Notes under the pieces: generated by a model
What the model saw: only the letters and a program-made list of their open reading frames with translations
Database searches by the model: none
Told to the model about the DNA's origin: nothing
Made by a program: the position numbers and the translations under genes
In this document: positions 16,713 to 25,655 of the stretch, one piece after another
Numbering within the stretch: the stretch's first letter is position 1
Layout of the letters: each line of letters begins with the position of its first letter
Origin: Schwartzia sp. (in: firmicutes)
GTDB lineage: Bacteria > Bacillota > Negativicutes > Selenomonadales > Selenomonadaceae
Length of the DNA: 33,636 bases
Direction of reading: 5' to 3'
Assembly: GCA_017939945.1 (NCBI GenBank)
Contig: JAGAZS010000139.1
Coordinates: forward strand, 1 to 33,636

Positions 16713-17126
16713 TCACTTAACGACCATGACAGCGCATTTCGCATTCTCAACGACATATTGGCTCACACTGCCGAGCAGCACGCCCTTGACGAGTCCAAGC
16801 CCCCGACTTCCCATTACGATCAAGTCGACGCCGTGTTCCTCCGCCACGTCGATAATCACCGGCGCAGGAGAACCTGTCTCCATGACCCGCTCCGTCTCTA
16901 TGCCCTCCGGCGCACTCTCCTCCGCGTGTGTGAGAACTACATCCCCTGCCTTATTTACTGCCTCCAACAGCTCCGCTGACAAACACGAATTGACCGCAAG
17001 CTGATTGACGTTCGCCACATACAGAAACATCAGCTTTGCCTTCAGCGCGTTCGCCAATTCAATGCCTTTCCCTAACGCACGTTCAGAGCTTTCCGATCCG
17101 TCCACCGGAATCAAGATCTTTTCCAT
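16713..17126 (-). CDS. Universal stress protein (UspA family)
   Basis: Contains MEKILIPVDGSESSERAL and the ATP-binding-type motif DLIVMGSRGLGLVKGVLLGSVSQYVVENAKCAVMVV. Confidence 0.9.
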   Translation of the reverse strand: MEKILIPVDGSESSERALGKGIELANALKAKLMFLYVANVNQLAVNSCLSAELLEAVNKAGDVVLTHAEESAPEGIETERVMETGSPAPVIIDVAEEHGVDLIVMGSRGLGLVKGVLLGSVSQYVVENAKCAVMVVK

Positions 17127-17296
17127 AGACTTACGCTCCCCTCATATCAGGACTTTTTTCGTATTCTACTGCTAGATATTCGCGCTTAATAAAAAAAATC
17201 CTGCCACGGACAAAAGATTTCTTGCCTCGGTTTTCTTGCATTGCATCGCAAATTGTTATAAACTGTTGAAATCATGCAAGAAAGGACGCAAAAACA

Positions 17297-18562
17297 ATGG
17301 CAGAAAAAAAGAAACCTGAAATCATAAAAGGGAGCGAAGACGTCGCTTCCATTGTCGAAAATACGACTATCGCCGATATCTACCGCGCGGCATTTTTTCT
17401 CGACAATGTCGCGATAAAGACGAAATTAATCGAGAGTCCGTATTTTTCCTCGATTTGCAATAATACCGTTTTTTTAAAACCGGAAAACCTGCAAGTTACC
17501 GGTTCGTTCAAATTGCGCGGCGCTTACAACCGCATCAGTCAGCTTTCCGACGAGGAACGTGCGAAAGGCGTCATCACCGCCTCGGCCGGCAACCATGCGC
17601 AGGGGGTCGCGTTTTCCGCACAAAAACTCGGCGTCAAGGCGGTCATTTGCATGCCCGCGACCACACCTATCCTGAAAGTGGAGGCTACCCGCGCCTACGG
17701 AGCGGAAATCGTACTGCACGGCGACACCTTCGATGACGCTTACGCGAAATCTTTGGAGTTGCAAAAGGAAAAAGGATATGTTTACATCCATCCGTTCAAC
17801 GACCTCAACGTGCTTCTCGGTCAAGGAACGACAGCAAAAGAAATCATTGACGATTGCAAGGACGTCGACGCAATCCTCGTTCCGATTGGTGGCGGCGGCT
17901 TTGCCAGCGGCGTCGCGCTGGCAGCAAAGCTTGTGAACCCGCATGTCAAGGTCATCGGCGTCGAGCCTGCAGGCGCTGCCTGCATGAAAGCGGCTTTCAA
18001 GGCGGGCGGTGTCACCACCCTTCCCGCCGTCGACACCGTTGCCGACGGATGCGCGGTCAAGACCGCGGGATCATTGACCTACGCATTTTGCAGAGAATAT
18101 CTCGACAGTATTATCACCGTTTCCGAAATGGAAATCATGAGCGCCCTGCTCTCGTTGATTGAAAAACACAAGCTTGTCGCCGAAGGGGCCGGCGTCCTTT
18201 CTCTTGCAGCGTTGCCAAAGCTGAAAATGAAGAACAAGAAAGTCGTCGCGATTGTCAGCGGCGGCAATATCGACATTTCGACTATCGCAGCGCTGATTGA
18301 CAAAGCACTGATTGACCGAGGACGCGTTTTCTGTTTCGGTGTCATGCTGCCGGACAAACCCGGACAGCTGCTCGCCGTCGCACAGATTCTCGCGGACACA
18401 CACGCCAACGTCATCAAACTTGAACACAATCAAGCGGGCGTAACGGACAGTTTCAAGAAAGTGCAGCTCGAAGTCACCTGCGAGACTCACGGCGAGGACC
18501 ATATTCGTACCATCATTTCCGCCCTCGAAAAAGCAGGCTATGACGTCTCACGTGTCTATTGA
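17297..18562 (+). CDS. ilvA: Threonine ammonia-lyase (threonine dehydratase) with a C-terminal ACT-like domain
   Basis: Has the PLP-lysine motif GSFKLRGAYN, plus ASAGNHAQGVA and VPIGGGGFASG, at 421 aa. Confidence 0.92.
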   Translation: MAEKKKPEIIKGSEDVASIVENTTIADIYRAAFFLDNVAIKTKLIESPYFSSICNNTVFLKPENLQVTGSFKLRGAYNRISQLSDEERAKGVITASAGNHAQGVAFSAQKLGVKAVICMPATTPILKVEATRAYGAEIVLHGDTFDDAYAKSLELQKEKGYVYIHPFNDLNVLLGQGTTAKEIIDDCKDVDAILVPIGGGGFASGVALAAKLVNPHVKVIGVEPAGAACMKAAFKAGGVTTLPAVDTVADGCAVKTAGSLTYAFCREYLDSIITVSEMEIMSALLSLIEKHKLVAEGAGVLSLAALPKLKMKNKKVVAIVSGGNIDISTIAALIDKALIDRGRVFCFGVMLPDKPGQLLAVAQILADTHANVIKLEHNQAGVTDSFKKVQLEVTCETHGEDHIRTIISALEKAGYDVSRVY

Positions 18563-18620
18563 TTGCAAATGATATCACAATCGGCTTTCTCATTGCTTTC
18601 ATAACCTTTATGGAAAACAT

Positions 18621-18650
18621 TTGCATATTTCCTTCTCTATATCGTATAAT
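18621..18650 (+). promoter_or_regulatory. Putative promoter of the arsR-family gene
   Basis: TTGCAT (18621-18626), 18 nt, then TATAAT (18645-18650). Confidence 0.5.
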
Positions 18651-18710
18651 TTTATCAAATGAATACATGAGCAATGTGGCAGCGGAGAAACTCTCCCGCA
18701 GGAGGATTTC

Positions 18711-19058
18711 ATGGAAACTGCAATTTTAACGGGTACTGGCGCCTCTTCTCATAACACGCCGTCTTTCGCCGAATTGGACGATCAAACGAGCCAACGGCTT
18801 GCCAACATTTTCAAGATACTCGGCGATCCTACGCGGATAAAATTACTCTCGTTACTCACATCTGGCGAGATGCGTGTCAGCGATATTGCCGATACCCTCA
18901 ACATGGGCCAGTCGGCGATTTCGCATCAACTCCGCGTACTTCGCGACGCGAGTCTCGTAAAATTTCGCAAGGAAGGAAAGGAAGCGTGGTACTCTCTCGA
19001 CGATGATCACGTTGTTAAGCTGATGAGTCAGGGACTCGAACACGTTTCCCACGGCTGA
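18711..19058 (+). CDS. ArsR/SmtB-family metalloregulator with a CzrA-type alpha5 site
   Basis: Contains LFKILGDPTRIKLLSLL and a winged HTH, VSDIADTLNMGQSAISHQLRVLRDASLV. The C-terminal DDH-x10-H-x2-H (DDDHVVKLMSQGLEHVSH) has the spacing of the alpha5 Zn/Co site. There is no alpha3 CxC. Confidence 0.88.
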   Translation: METAILTGTGASSHNTPSFAELDDQTSQRLANIFKILGDPTRIKLLSLLTSGEMRVSDIADTLNMGQSAISHQLRVLRDASLVKFRKEGKEAWYSLDDDHVVKLMSQGLEHVSHG

Positions 19059-19090
19059 TGTTTTTGACGTCGGAAAGGAAGTGATCTCAT

Positions 19091-19972
19091 ATGGGCTTAC
19101 GACTTAAATCTTTCGGCGCATTCTTTTGCCTGCGTTTTTTTGCCGCTTTTTTTGCGTTCACGCTGTTCCTGACCGGCACCTCGCTCGGAGCCCCTCTTTT
19201 GCGCCAAGGCGCCGAAGGGCACGACGTTCATGTCCTCCAGGAAAACCTGAAGCGGCTCGGCTATGAAGTCGAACTGACCGATGTTTTCGATGACGCAACA
19301 TATCAAGCGGTTTCCGCATTCCAGCGCAACGAAGGAATCGCTGCGAGCGGCACAGTGGATCGGGAAACATGGCGTTCACTAAAAGCCCGCGTCGCCGAAA
19401 TCAATAAACCGCAGCCTTCCGCGTCAACCCCTCCGCAGGGAAAAAAACCGGAACCAAAGACAGAAAAACCGGCCGCACCGCCAACCGCTCCGGAAAAGCC
19501 GTCTTCGGAACCGGTTCCGGAAAAGACGTCCTCCGAAAAAGAAACGCCCTTCCCGAAAGCCGAAAAAGTGCCGGAAAATACGCCTTTTCTTCCGAAGGGA
19601 AAAGCGGACGCAATCATCAAAACGGCGAAAAAATATATCGGAACGCGTTACGTTTTCGGCGGCACAACGCCGAAAGGCTTTGATTGCTCCGGTTTTGTCC
19701 AGTATGTTTTCAAGAAAAACGGTTTCACCATCCCCCGTACCGCCGACGAGCAATATAAGCTCGGCAAACGCATCAAAAAACGGGGCGAACTCTCCCCCGG
19801 CGACCTCGTATTCTTCTCCACTTATGAAAAAGGTGCATCGCATTGCGGCGTCTATTTAGGGAAAAATCAGTTCATACACGTATCCTCCAGCAAAGGCGTT
19901 CGCATAGACAGCCTCGATGATTCCTATTGGAAACCCCGCTGGTACGGAGGAAAGCATATTGTTAAAAATTGA
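19091..19972 (+). CDS. Secreted peptidoglycan-binding (PG_binding_1) plus NlpC/P60 endopeptidase
   Basis: Has a signal peptide and the PG-binding repeat VLQENLKRLGY...AVSAFQRNEGIAASGTVD, followed by a Pro/Lys/Glu linker. The catalytic residues are in GFDCSGFVQYVF and ASHCGVYLG...FIHVSS. Confidence 0.9.
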   Translation: MGLRLKSFGAFFCLRFFAAFFAFTLFLTGTSLGAPLLRQGAEGHDVHVLQENLKRLGYEVELTDVFDDATYQAVSAFQRNEGIAASGTVDRETWRSLKARVAEINKPQPSASTPPQGKKPEPKTEKPAAPPTAPEKPSSEPVPEKTSSEKETPFPKAEKVPENTPFLPKGKADAIIKTAKKYIGTRYVFGGTTPKGFDCSGFVQYVFKKNGFTIPRTADEQYKLGKRIKKRGELSPGDLVFFSTYEKGASHCGVYLGKNQFIHVSSSKGVRIDSLDDSYWKPRWYGGKHIVKN

Positions 19973-20016
19973 AAAAGCGGAATGCCTTGACAAAAATGTC
20001 GGCATTCCGCTTTTTT
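19973..20016. terminator. Bidirectional terminator between the convergent NlpC/P60 gene and pepD
   Basis: AAAAAGCGGAATGCC, a 14-nt loop, then GGCATTCCGCTTTTTT. There are T-tracts on both strands. Confidence 0.75.
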
Positions 20017-21475
20017 ATTTCGTTTTTGCGATCCGATGCAACGTTTCCATTACGAGCCGTATCTGAGGAGCAACCGTTGTCAAGTCGAGGGTTTCCTTCG
20101 GGCTGTGGATATTGCGATTTGTCACGCCAATGGAAACCATATCAAGGTTAGGCGCTTTGCGGATGTGCCATCCGCATTCAAGTCCCGCATGAATGACGCC
20201 GACCTTCATCGGACGTCCGTTCTGCTCCTCAAATATCGCCGCCATCATATCGGAAAGCGCGCTTTGCGGACGCTCCCGCCAACCGGGAGCCGGCGTAGCG
20301 ACACTCACTTCCAATCCGAGCCTCATGCCGAGAATTCGGCACGCATCCGCAATCTCCCCGAGTTTTTCGTCAACGCTCGATCGCGCAAAATACGAAAACC
20401 AAACTCCACTTCTCTCGGTCCGAAGCAATCCAAGATTTGCCGAAGTCTCGACCAGTCCCGGCATCGTCGGCGACATCTGGAAAACGCCCGTGTGCAAAAG
20501 CAACAGCGCATCTGTCAACGCCTCCATGTCCGAATCTTCCATGACTTGCGCAGGCATTTCCGCCTCAGAAAGATTTATGGATATTCCCGGATCGACATTG
20601 CCAAACACAGTTCGCACATGTTGCTCCAGTTCAGAAATCACCCGTGAAACTTCTTCTTGCCGCGATTGCGTCACAATGACAGCTTCCGCCTTTGCCGCGA
20701 TGGCGTTTCGCGCGCTTCCTCCCTTTATCGACGCGACGGAAAAAGAAACTCCTGCATTTTTCAATGCATGAAGCGTCTGCGCAAGAATACGGATCGCATT
20801 CCCGCGCCCATCTCCGATACGTTCACCGGAATGGCCTCCCAAGAGTCCAGATACGGAAATACACCAAGCCTGTGGCATCATTGGATCGCAACAGTGCAAT
20901 TTCCGGCGAAAATCGACGCCGACGCATCCGGCGCATCCTCGCGTTAGTTCGTCGAAGTTTTCCGAGTCCCAATTAATCAGGAAATCCGCATCCGAAAACG
21001 CCTTTGCGTCGAGCGCTTGTGCTCCCGACATGCCCGTTTCCTCGTCCGTAGTAATGATCGCCCGAAGCGGCCCGACATTTTCCGCATGGCGGAAAACGTA
21101 AAGAATCAATGCAATTCCCGCGCCGTCATCTGCACCAAGGCTCGTTCCCTCCGCCGAAAGCTCATCTTCCGTACGGCAAAGTCGAATCGGATCGCGCAGC
21201 GGGTCATATTTCACGCCTTTCGCCGCTACGCAGACCATATCCATATGCGCTTGCAAAATCACACGCGGTACGCTCTCATATCCCGGCGACGCCGCACGGT
21301 CGGCGATAATATTGTTCGCCGCGTCCTGCCGAACGTCGCACCCCAGCGATTGAAATACGCCGAGCAAATAATCGCTGACTGCTTTCTCATGAAGTGACGG
21401 GCGCGGAATGGCCGCAATTGCCGCAAAATCCTCCAACACCTCGTCGACGATCTTTTTTTCCTCCGTATCAAGCAT
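20015..21475 (-). CDS. pepD: Aminoacyl-histidine (Xaa-His) dipeptidase, M20 family
   Basis: Contains IPRPSLHEKAVSDYL, VILQAHMDMVC, GADDGAGIA and ITTDEETGMSGA. The start ATG 21473-21475 follows a GGGAGGA SD. Confidence 0.9.
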   Translation of the reverse strand: MLDTEEKKIVDEVLEDFAAIAAIPRPSLHEKAVSDYLLGVFQSLGCDVRQDAANNIIADRAASPGYESVPRVILQAHMDMVCVAAKGVKYDPLRDPIRLCRTEDELSAEGTSLGADDGAGIALILYVFRHAENVGPLRAIITTDEETGMSGAQALDAKAFSDADFLINWDSENFDELTRGCAGCVGVDFRRKLHCCDPMMPQAWCISVSGLLGGHSGERIGDGRGNAIRILAQTLHALKNAGVSFSVASIKGGSARNAIAAKAEAVIVTQSRQEEVSRVISELEQHVRTVFGNVDPGISINLSEAEMPAQVMEDSDMEALTDALLLLHTGVFQMSPTMPGLVETSANLGLLRTERSGVWFSYFARSSVDEKLGEIADACRILGMRLGLEVSVATPAPGWRERPQSALSDMMAAIFEEQNGRPMKVGVIHAGLECGWHIRKAPNLDMVSIGVTNRNIHSPKETLDLTTVAPQIRLVMETLHRIAKTK

Positions 21476-21509
21476 AACGATTCCTCCCATTCGCCGTCAC
21501 CCAATAAAC

Positions 21510-21542
21510 GAATAACAAGAGCCGCCAATCGCCCGGCGGCTC
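21510..21542 (-). terminator. Terminator after tRNA-Asn copy 2
   Basis: On the minus strand: GAGCCGCC-gggcgatt-GGCGGCTC followed by TTGTTATTCGTTTATT. Confidence 0.55.
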
Positions 21543-21551
21543 AATGATTAC

Positions 21552-21627
21552 TGGCTCCTTGAGCAGGACTCGAACCTGCGACCGATCGGTTAACAGCCGA
21601 TTGCTCTACCGACTGAGCTATCAAGGA
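21552..21627 (-). tRNA. tRNA-Asn (anticodon GUU), copy 2
   Basis: The sequence is identical to 867-942. Identity extends 4 nt further, to 21631 versus 946. Confidence 0.9.
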
Positions 21628-21642
21628 ATCACATATAAAAAT

Positions 21643-21671
21643 ATTATATAGGCTCGTATCGTGTCAGTCAA
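21643..21671 (-). promoter_or_regulatory. Near-consensus promoter for tRNA-Asn copy 2, overlapping the rpoD stop codon
   Basis: On the minus strand: TTGACT (21671-21666), 17 nt, then TATAAT (21648-21643). Confidence 0.6.
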
Positions 21672-23703
21672 GAAAATCCTTAAGCTTATGGCTTCTGCTC
21701 GGATGACGCAATTTGCGAAGCGCCTTTGCTTCGATTTGACGAATTCGCTCACGGGTAACGCCGAAATTCTGTCCGACCTCTTCCAGCGTGCGCGCCCTGC
21801 CATCGTCGAGACCAAAACGCAGGCGAAGCACCTTCTCCTCGCGCGGCGTCAGCGTGTCAAGAACCTCCTCAAGTTGTTCCTTCAGTAGCAGGAACGACGC
21901 CGCGTCCGCCGGAGCCGGCGCGTCGTGATCCTCGATAAAATCGCCAAGATGTGAGTCTTCCTCCTCGCCAATCGGCGTTTCAAGAGAAACAGGCTCCTGC
22001 GCGATTTTCATGATTTCGCGTACCCGATCGACGCCAATCTCCATTTCCTTCGCAATCTCATCCGGCGTAGGATCGCGTCCGAGCTGCTGCAACAGCTGAT
22101 GGGAAACGCGGATAAGCTTGTTGATTGTCTCAACCATATGGACAGGAATGCGAATGGTGCGCGCCTGATCCGCGATGGCGCGAGTAATTGCCTGCCGTAT
22201 CCACCATGTCGCGTAAGTGCTGAACTTATAGCCCTTATTGTAATCGAATTTTTCGACTGCCTTGATCAGGCCTAGATTGCCTTCCTGGATCAAATCCAGG
22301 AACAGCATGCCGCGCCCGACATATCGCTTAGCGATACTGACTACAAGACGAAGATTCGCTTCCGCAAGACGCTTCTGCGCCTCCTCGTCGCCGTCCTCCA
22401 TACGCTTTGCTAGCATTATTTCCTCTTCCGCCGTCAGAAGGGGCACACGACCGATTTCCTTCAGATACATGCGGACGGGGTCGTCAATGCTGATGCCCTC
22501 GGGAATCGTGAGGTCGATTTCTTCTTCCGTCTTTTCGATGACGGCATCGCTTCCGTCGCTATCAGCGTCAGCTGTCTCATCGACGATATCAATTCCCTGT
22601 TTGCCCAGGACCTCATAAAGCTCTTCCATCGTTTCTGCTGAAAGATCCTGATTGTTGAACGCTTCTAGCACTTCGCCGTACGTCAAAGCATTTCCGTTTT
22701 TTTTGCCGCGCGCAATCAATTCAGGCGCCACTTCCGCAACCGACCGTACCGCTCCGGTACCAGGTTCCTCGTCGCCTTCCTCGAATTCCTCCGGATTTGG
22801 CTGATCTGTCTTTTTCTCCTCCGGCGGCGCCTTGGGTTTATTATTCTTTTTAGGTTTAGACTTCCCCTTCGTTTTCTTTGGAGTCTCCTCCTCTTTTGAA
22901 GAATCATTTTTTGCGGCATCAGGATTATCATCTGCGTTTGATGGCTTCTCCGCAATAACTGTTATTTCTTTTCCTTTTGTTCCTTTTTTTTGTTTCGACG
23001 CTTTTTTCTTTTTATTCTCCTCGATATCTTTCTCTTCCCTAGACGTTTTTCCTTTTGCCGAGGTTCCGGATGTCTTTACGCCTTTTACACTATCGGCATT
23101 TTTCTTTTTTTCTTCCGTCTTCTTTTCGGTCTTCTTCGCTTCCTGTTTTTGCTTGGCTTCTTTTTTCTCTTCTTTATTTGTTTTGGAAACCGCAGCTTTC
23201 CGTGGCGTACTCGCTTTCTTATCCTCCTTCAACTCTTCCTTGACCTTGGAGGAACCCTTCAACGTTTTTGACGTCTGCTTTTTCGCAGCCTTCTCCTGCT
23301 GCGCCGCTTTCTCTTTCTTGCTTTTTGACGCAACTGTTTCCTTTTGCGTTGCCGATTTCAACGCTCCGGCCTTTGCCTGTTTCGTCGTTGCAAGCTCCTT
23401 GGTTGAAACATCTTTCTTCACGGAGCCCTTCTTCTTTTCCTCCTTCGACGTATCGGAAGGCTTCTGCCGCGACATCGCCGCTTTTTTAGCCGGTGAATTC
23501 TTCGTTTTTGCAGACTTCTCCTGCTTCGAGACCGGCACAGTCGTCTTCGCTGACTTCGACTTCTTTTCAGTCATCTTCTTCTCGACCGCATCCTGCACGG
23601 CGCCCGTCTTGCGCTTCTTTTGCTCGCTCGTCTGCGCCTTGCTCGCCGATGGCTTTGCTTTTTTCTCATCTTTTGCCGTTTTTACCGTTTTCTTTGCCGC
23701 CAT
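21664..23703 (-). CDS. rpoD: Primary RNA polymerase sigma factor with a roughly 310-aa Lys/Glu/Ser/Thr-rich N-terminal extension
   Basis: The C-terminal ~365 aa is canonical: [61 protein letters not shown] and [30 protein letters not shown]. The frame stays open with no stop back to ATG 23701-23703 (SD AGGGGG), 57 nt after the dnaG stop. Confidence 0.92.
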   Translation of the reverse strand: MAAKKTVKTAKDEKKAKPSASKAQTSEQKKRKTGAVQDAVEKKMTEKKSKSAKTTVPVSKQEKSAKTKNSPAKKAAMSRQKPSDTSKEEKKKGSVKKDVSTKELATTKQAKAGALKSATQKETVASKSKKEKAAQQEKAAKKQTSKTLKGSSKVKEELKEDKKASTPRKAAVSKTNKEEKKEAKQKQEAKKTEKKTEEKKKNADSVKGVKTSGTSAKGKTSREEKDIEENKKKKASKQKKGTKGKEITVIAEKPSNADDNPDAAKNDSSKEEETPKKTKGKSKPKKNNKPKAPPEEKKTDQPNPEEFEEGDEEPGTGAVRSVAEVAPELIARGKKNGNALTYGEVLEAFNNQDLSAETMEELYEVLGKQGIDIVDETADADSDGSDAVIEKTEEEIDLTIPEGISIDDPVRMYLKEIGRVPLLTAEEEIMLAKRMEDGDEEAQKRLAEANLRLVVSIAKRYVGRGMLFLDLIQEGNLGLIKAVEKFDYNKGYKFSTYATWWIRQAITRAIADQARTIRIPVHMVETINKLIRVSHQLLQQLGRDPTPDEIAKEMEIGVDRVREIMKIAQEPVSLETPIGEEEDSHLGDFIEDHDAPAPADAASFLLLKEQLEEVLDTLTPREEKVLRLRFGLDDGRARTLEEVGQNFGVTRERIRQIEAKALRKLRHPSRSHKLKDFLD

Positions 23704-23760
23704 GACCTGCCGCCCCCTTTCCGGAATATCTTTCGTTGTGGTTTTGCTTTTCCATCCTGC

Positions 23761-25563
23761 TCATTCATTCGTCTCTTCCGTTTTGATTTGTTGGTTCAGT
23801 TCATCTATCCTTTGTTTTATTCGCTGACTTTTGGATAATTCCTGCAAGAAATTTGAATTTCCTTCTCTTTCCATCGCGTCCGCCCGGAGACGACTCTCCT
23901 CAAAGGCTTTTCTCAATTGCGCAAGCAGAAGCACGCGCAGACAGGCCTCATAAGAGTCTTTTTTTTCCGGTACTTCCTCAATCAATGCATGGGATATTTC
24001 TTCCTCCGCCTCCGCGCCAAGCGTCTCTTCAATAACTTCTTCGCTCGGGGAATGGCCAGTTTCCGCGCATTCGGCCAAATAACGCAAAAGCTTTTCATGA
24101 AGCGGGTACGGGAACGGCTCTTCCCCCATCTCCGCCACAACCATAACCGCAACGCCCGGATCGTGCCATGCCCCGCGAAGCAGCGCACGGCCCGCACGCC
24201 GAACCGCATCGTCCACAGTACGAACCGACGGGCGCTCCGCCCTCGGCCGATATTCAGCCCTCATGCCGTCATCATGATACATCGCAATCTCTTGGCGGAT
24301 AATGCCCTCGTCAATGCCAAGGGTGCTGCGGAGCCGCTGAATGTATTCATTTTGCTCGACAGGATTAGATTCCTTCAGCACGGGCAAAAGCGCCTTCAGC
24401 GCCTTGTTTTTCCCGTCCAGCGTTCGTATATCATTTGTCCGCTGCACATATTCCAAATGGAAATCGCCAATCGACCGCGCTTCTTTTAGCAACTTCCGAA
24501 ACGCGTCCGCACCGTGCTTCCTGACAAACTCGTCCGGATCTTTCCCATCGGGGACAATCAACACCCGAACCCGCGCACCAGTCGAGCGCACAATGGAAAG
24601 AGCCCGCATGGTCGCCCGTTGCCCTGCTTCATCGCTGTCGTAGCAGAAACATATCTCATCCGTACATCGCAAAAGCAGCCTGCACTGCTCCGACGTGAAC
24701 GCTGTTCCCAAGGAAGCAACCACATTCTTGATTCCCGCAGCCGAAAGAGAAATTGCGTCCATATATCCCTCTACGAGAATCACCTTTCCCTCTTCGCGGA
24801 TTGCCTTTTTAGCTCGATCCAAACCGAAAAGCAGTCGTCTTTTATTGAAAAGCAATGTCTCAGGGGAATTCAAGTATTTCGGCTGCCCATCTCCTAGGAC
24901 GCGTCCGCCGAACCCGACCACGCGTCCGCGATCATCGGCAATCGGAATCATCACGCGGTTCCTGAACTTGTCATAAACGCTGTTTTGCCGTTCCGCCACG
25001 AGTCCGCCTTCCAACAGAAGCCGCTCGCTGACGCCACGTTTTTTGAACGCGTCCCGGAGCTTTCCCGGCGCACTCGGTGCAAATCCCAGCCCGAATTCCT
25101 TAATCACATCCGCGCCGATGCCGCGTCCCGCGAAATATTGAAGCCCTGCCGTGCCGTACTTTGTTTTCACGAGGCAATTGTGGAAAAAGGACTTCGCCAT
25201 TTCCATCATGCGCTGAAGATCGGCAATCTTCCTTTCCTTCTCGACGTCCTTTTCCGATTTTTCCCGATCCGGCATCGGAATGCCTAGTTTTTCCGCCTGC
25301 GACCGAATTGCGTCGAAATAACTGATATTCTCGATCATCGAGATGAATTTGAACACATTCCCGCCCGCATGGCAGCCGAAACAATAAAAAAAGCCCTTCT
25401 CCGGCGCAACTGAAAACGACGGCGTTTTTTCCGAATGAAACGGGCAACAGCCCCAATAATTCCCACCTTTTTTCTTCAAGGGAACATAGGACGCCACCAC
25501 ACTTAAAATATCCGAAGCATCGCGCACACGTGCAACAAACGCATCCATTTCCGCGCTTCTCAT
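23761..25563 (-). CDS. dnaG: DNA primase
   Basis: Has the zinc ribbon CPFHSEKTPSFSVAPEKGFFYCFGCHAGGN and the Toprim segment ILVEGYMDAISL. I set the start at ATG 25561-25563 (GAGGGTG SD). The track's GTG at 25575 lies inside the SD. Confidence 0.92.
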   Translation of the reverse strand: MRSAEMDAFVARVRDASDILSVVASYVPLKKKGGNYWGCCPFHSEKTPSFSVAPEKGFFYCFGCHAGGNVFKFISMIENISYFDAIRSQAEKLGIPMPDREKSEKDVEKERKIADLQRMMEMAKSFFHNCLVKTKYGTAGLQYFAGRGIGADVIKEFGLGFAPSAPGKLRDAFKKRGVSERLLLEGGLVAERQNSVYDKFRNRVMIPIADDRGRVVGFGGRVLGDGQPKYLNSPETLLFNKRRLLFGLDRAKKAIREEGKVILVEGYMDAISLSAAGIKNVVASLGTAFTSEQCRLLLRCTDEICFCYDSDEAGQRATMRALSIVRSTGARVRVLIVPDGKDPDEFVRKHGADAFRKLLKEARSIGDFHLEYVQRTNDIRTLDGKNKALKALLPVLKESNPVEQNEYIQRLRSTLGIDEGIIRQEIAMYHDDGMRAEYRPRAERPSVRTVDDAVRRAGRALLRGAWHDPGVAVMVVAEMGEEPFPYPLHEKLLRYLAECAETGHSPSEEVIEETLGAEAEEEISHALIEEVPEKKDSYEACLRVLLLAQLRKAFEESRLRADAMEREGNSNFLQELSKSQRIKQRIDELNQQIKTEETNE

Positions 25564-25655
25564 ACGTAACGCCACCCTCGGAAAATAGTTTTCAACGTTT
25601 TATATTCCATACAAATCAAAAAAATCCTTTCGCAGAAAAAAAGAAATTTTCCTCC

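Noticed and set aside
17188-17205. Shared A-run plus TCCTGCC 14-mer (AAAAAAATCCTGCC, preceded by AAT) at 17188-17205 and 26720-26735.
   Set aside because: The match is mostly a homopolymer run, and the A-run length differs (8 versus 7). There is no associated hairpin or common context, so it is compatible with chance.
22832-23827. 331-aa Phe/Ser-rich plus-strand ORF that looks like a membrane or low-complexity protein.
   Set aside because: It is the complement of the Lys/Glu-rich (AAG/GAA/AAA) codons of the rpoD N-terminal extension. The ORF runs across the rpoD-dnaG intergenic region into dnaG and has no SD.
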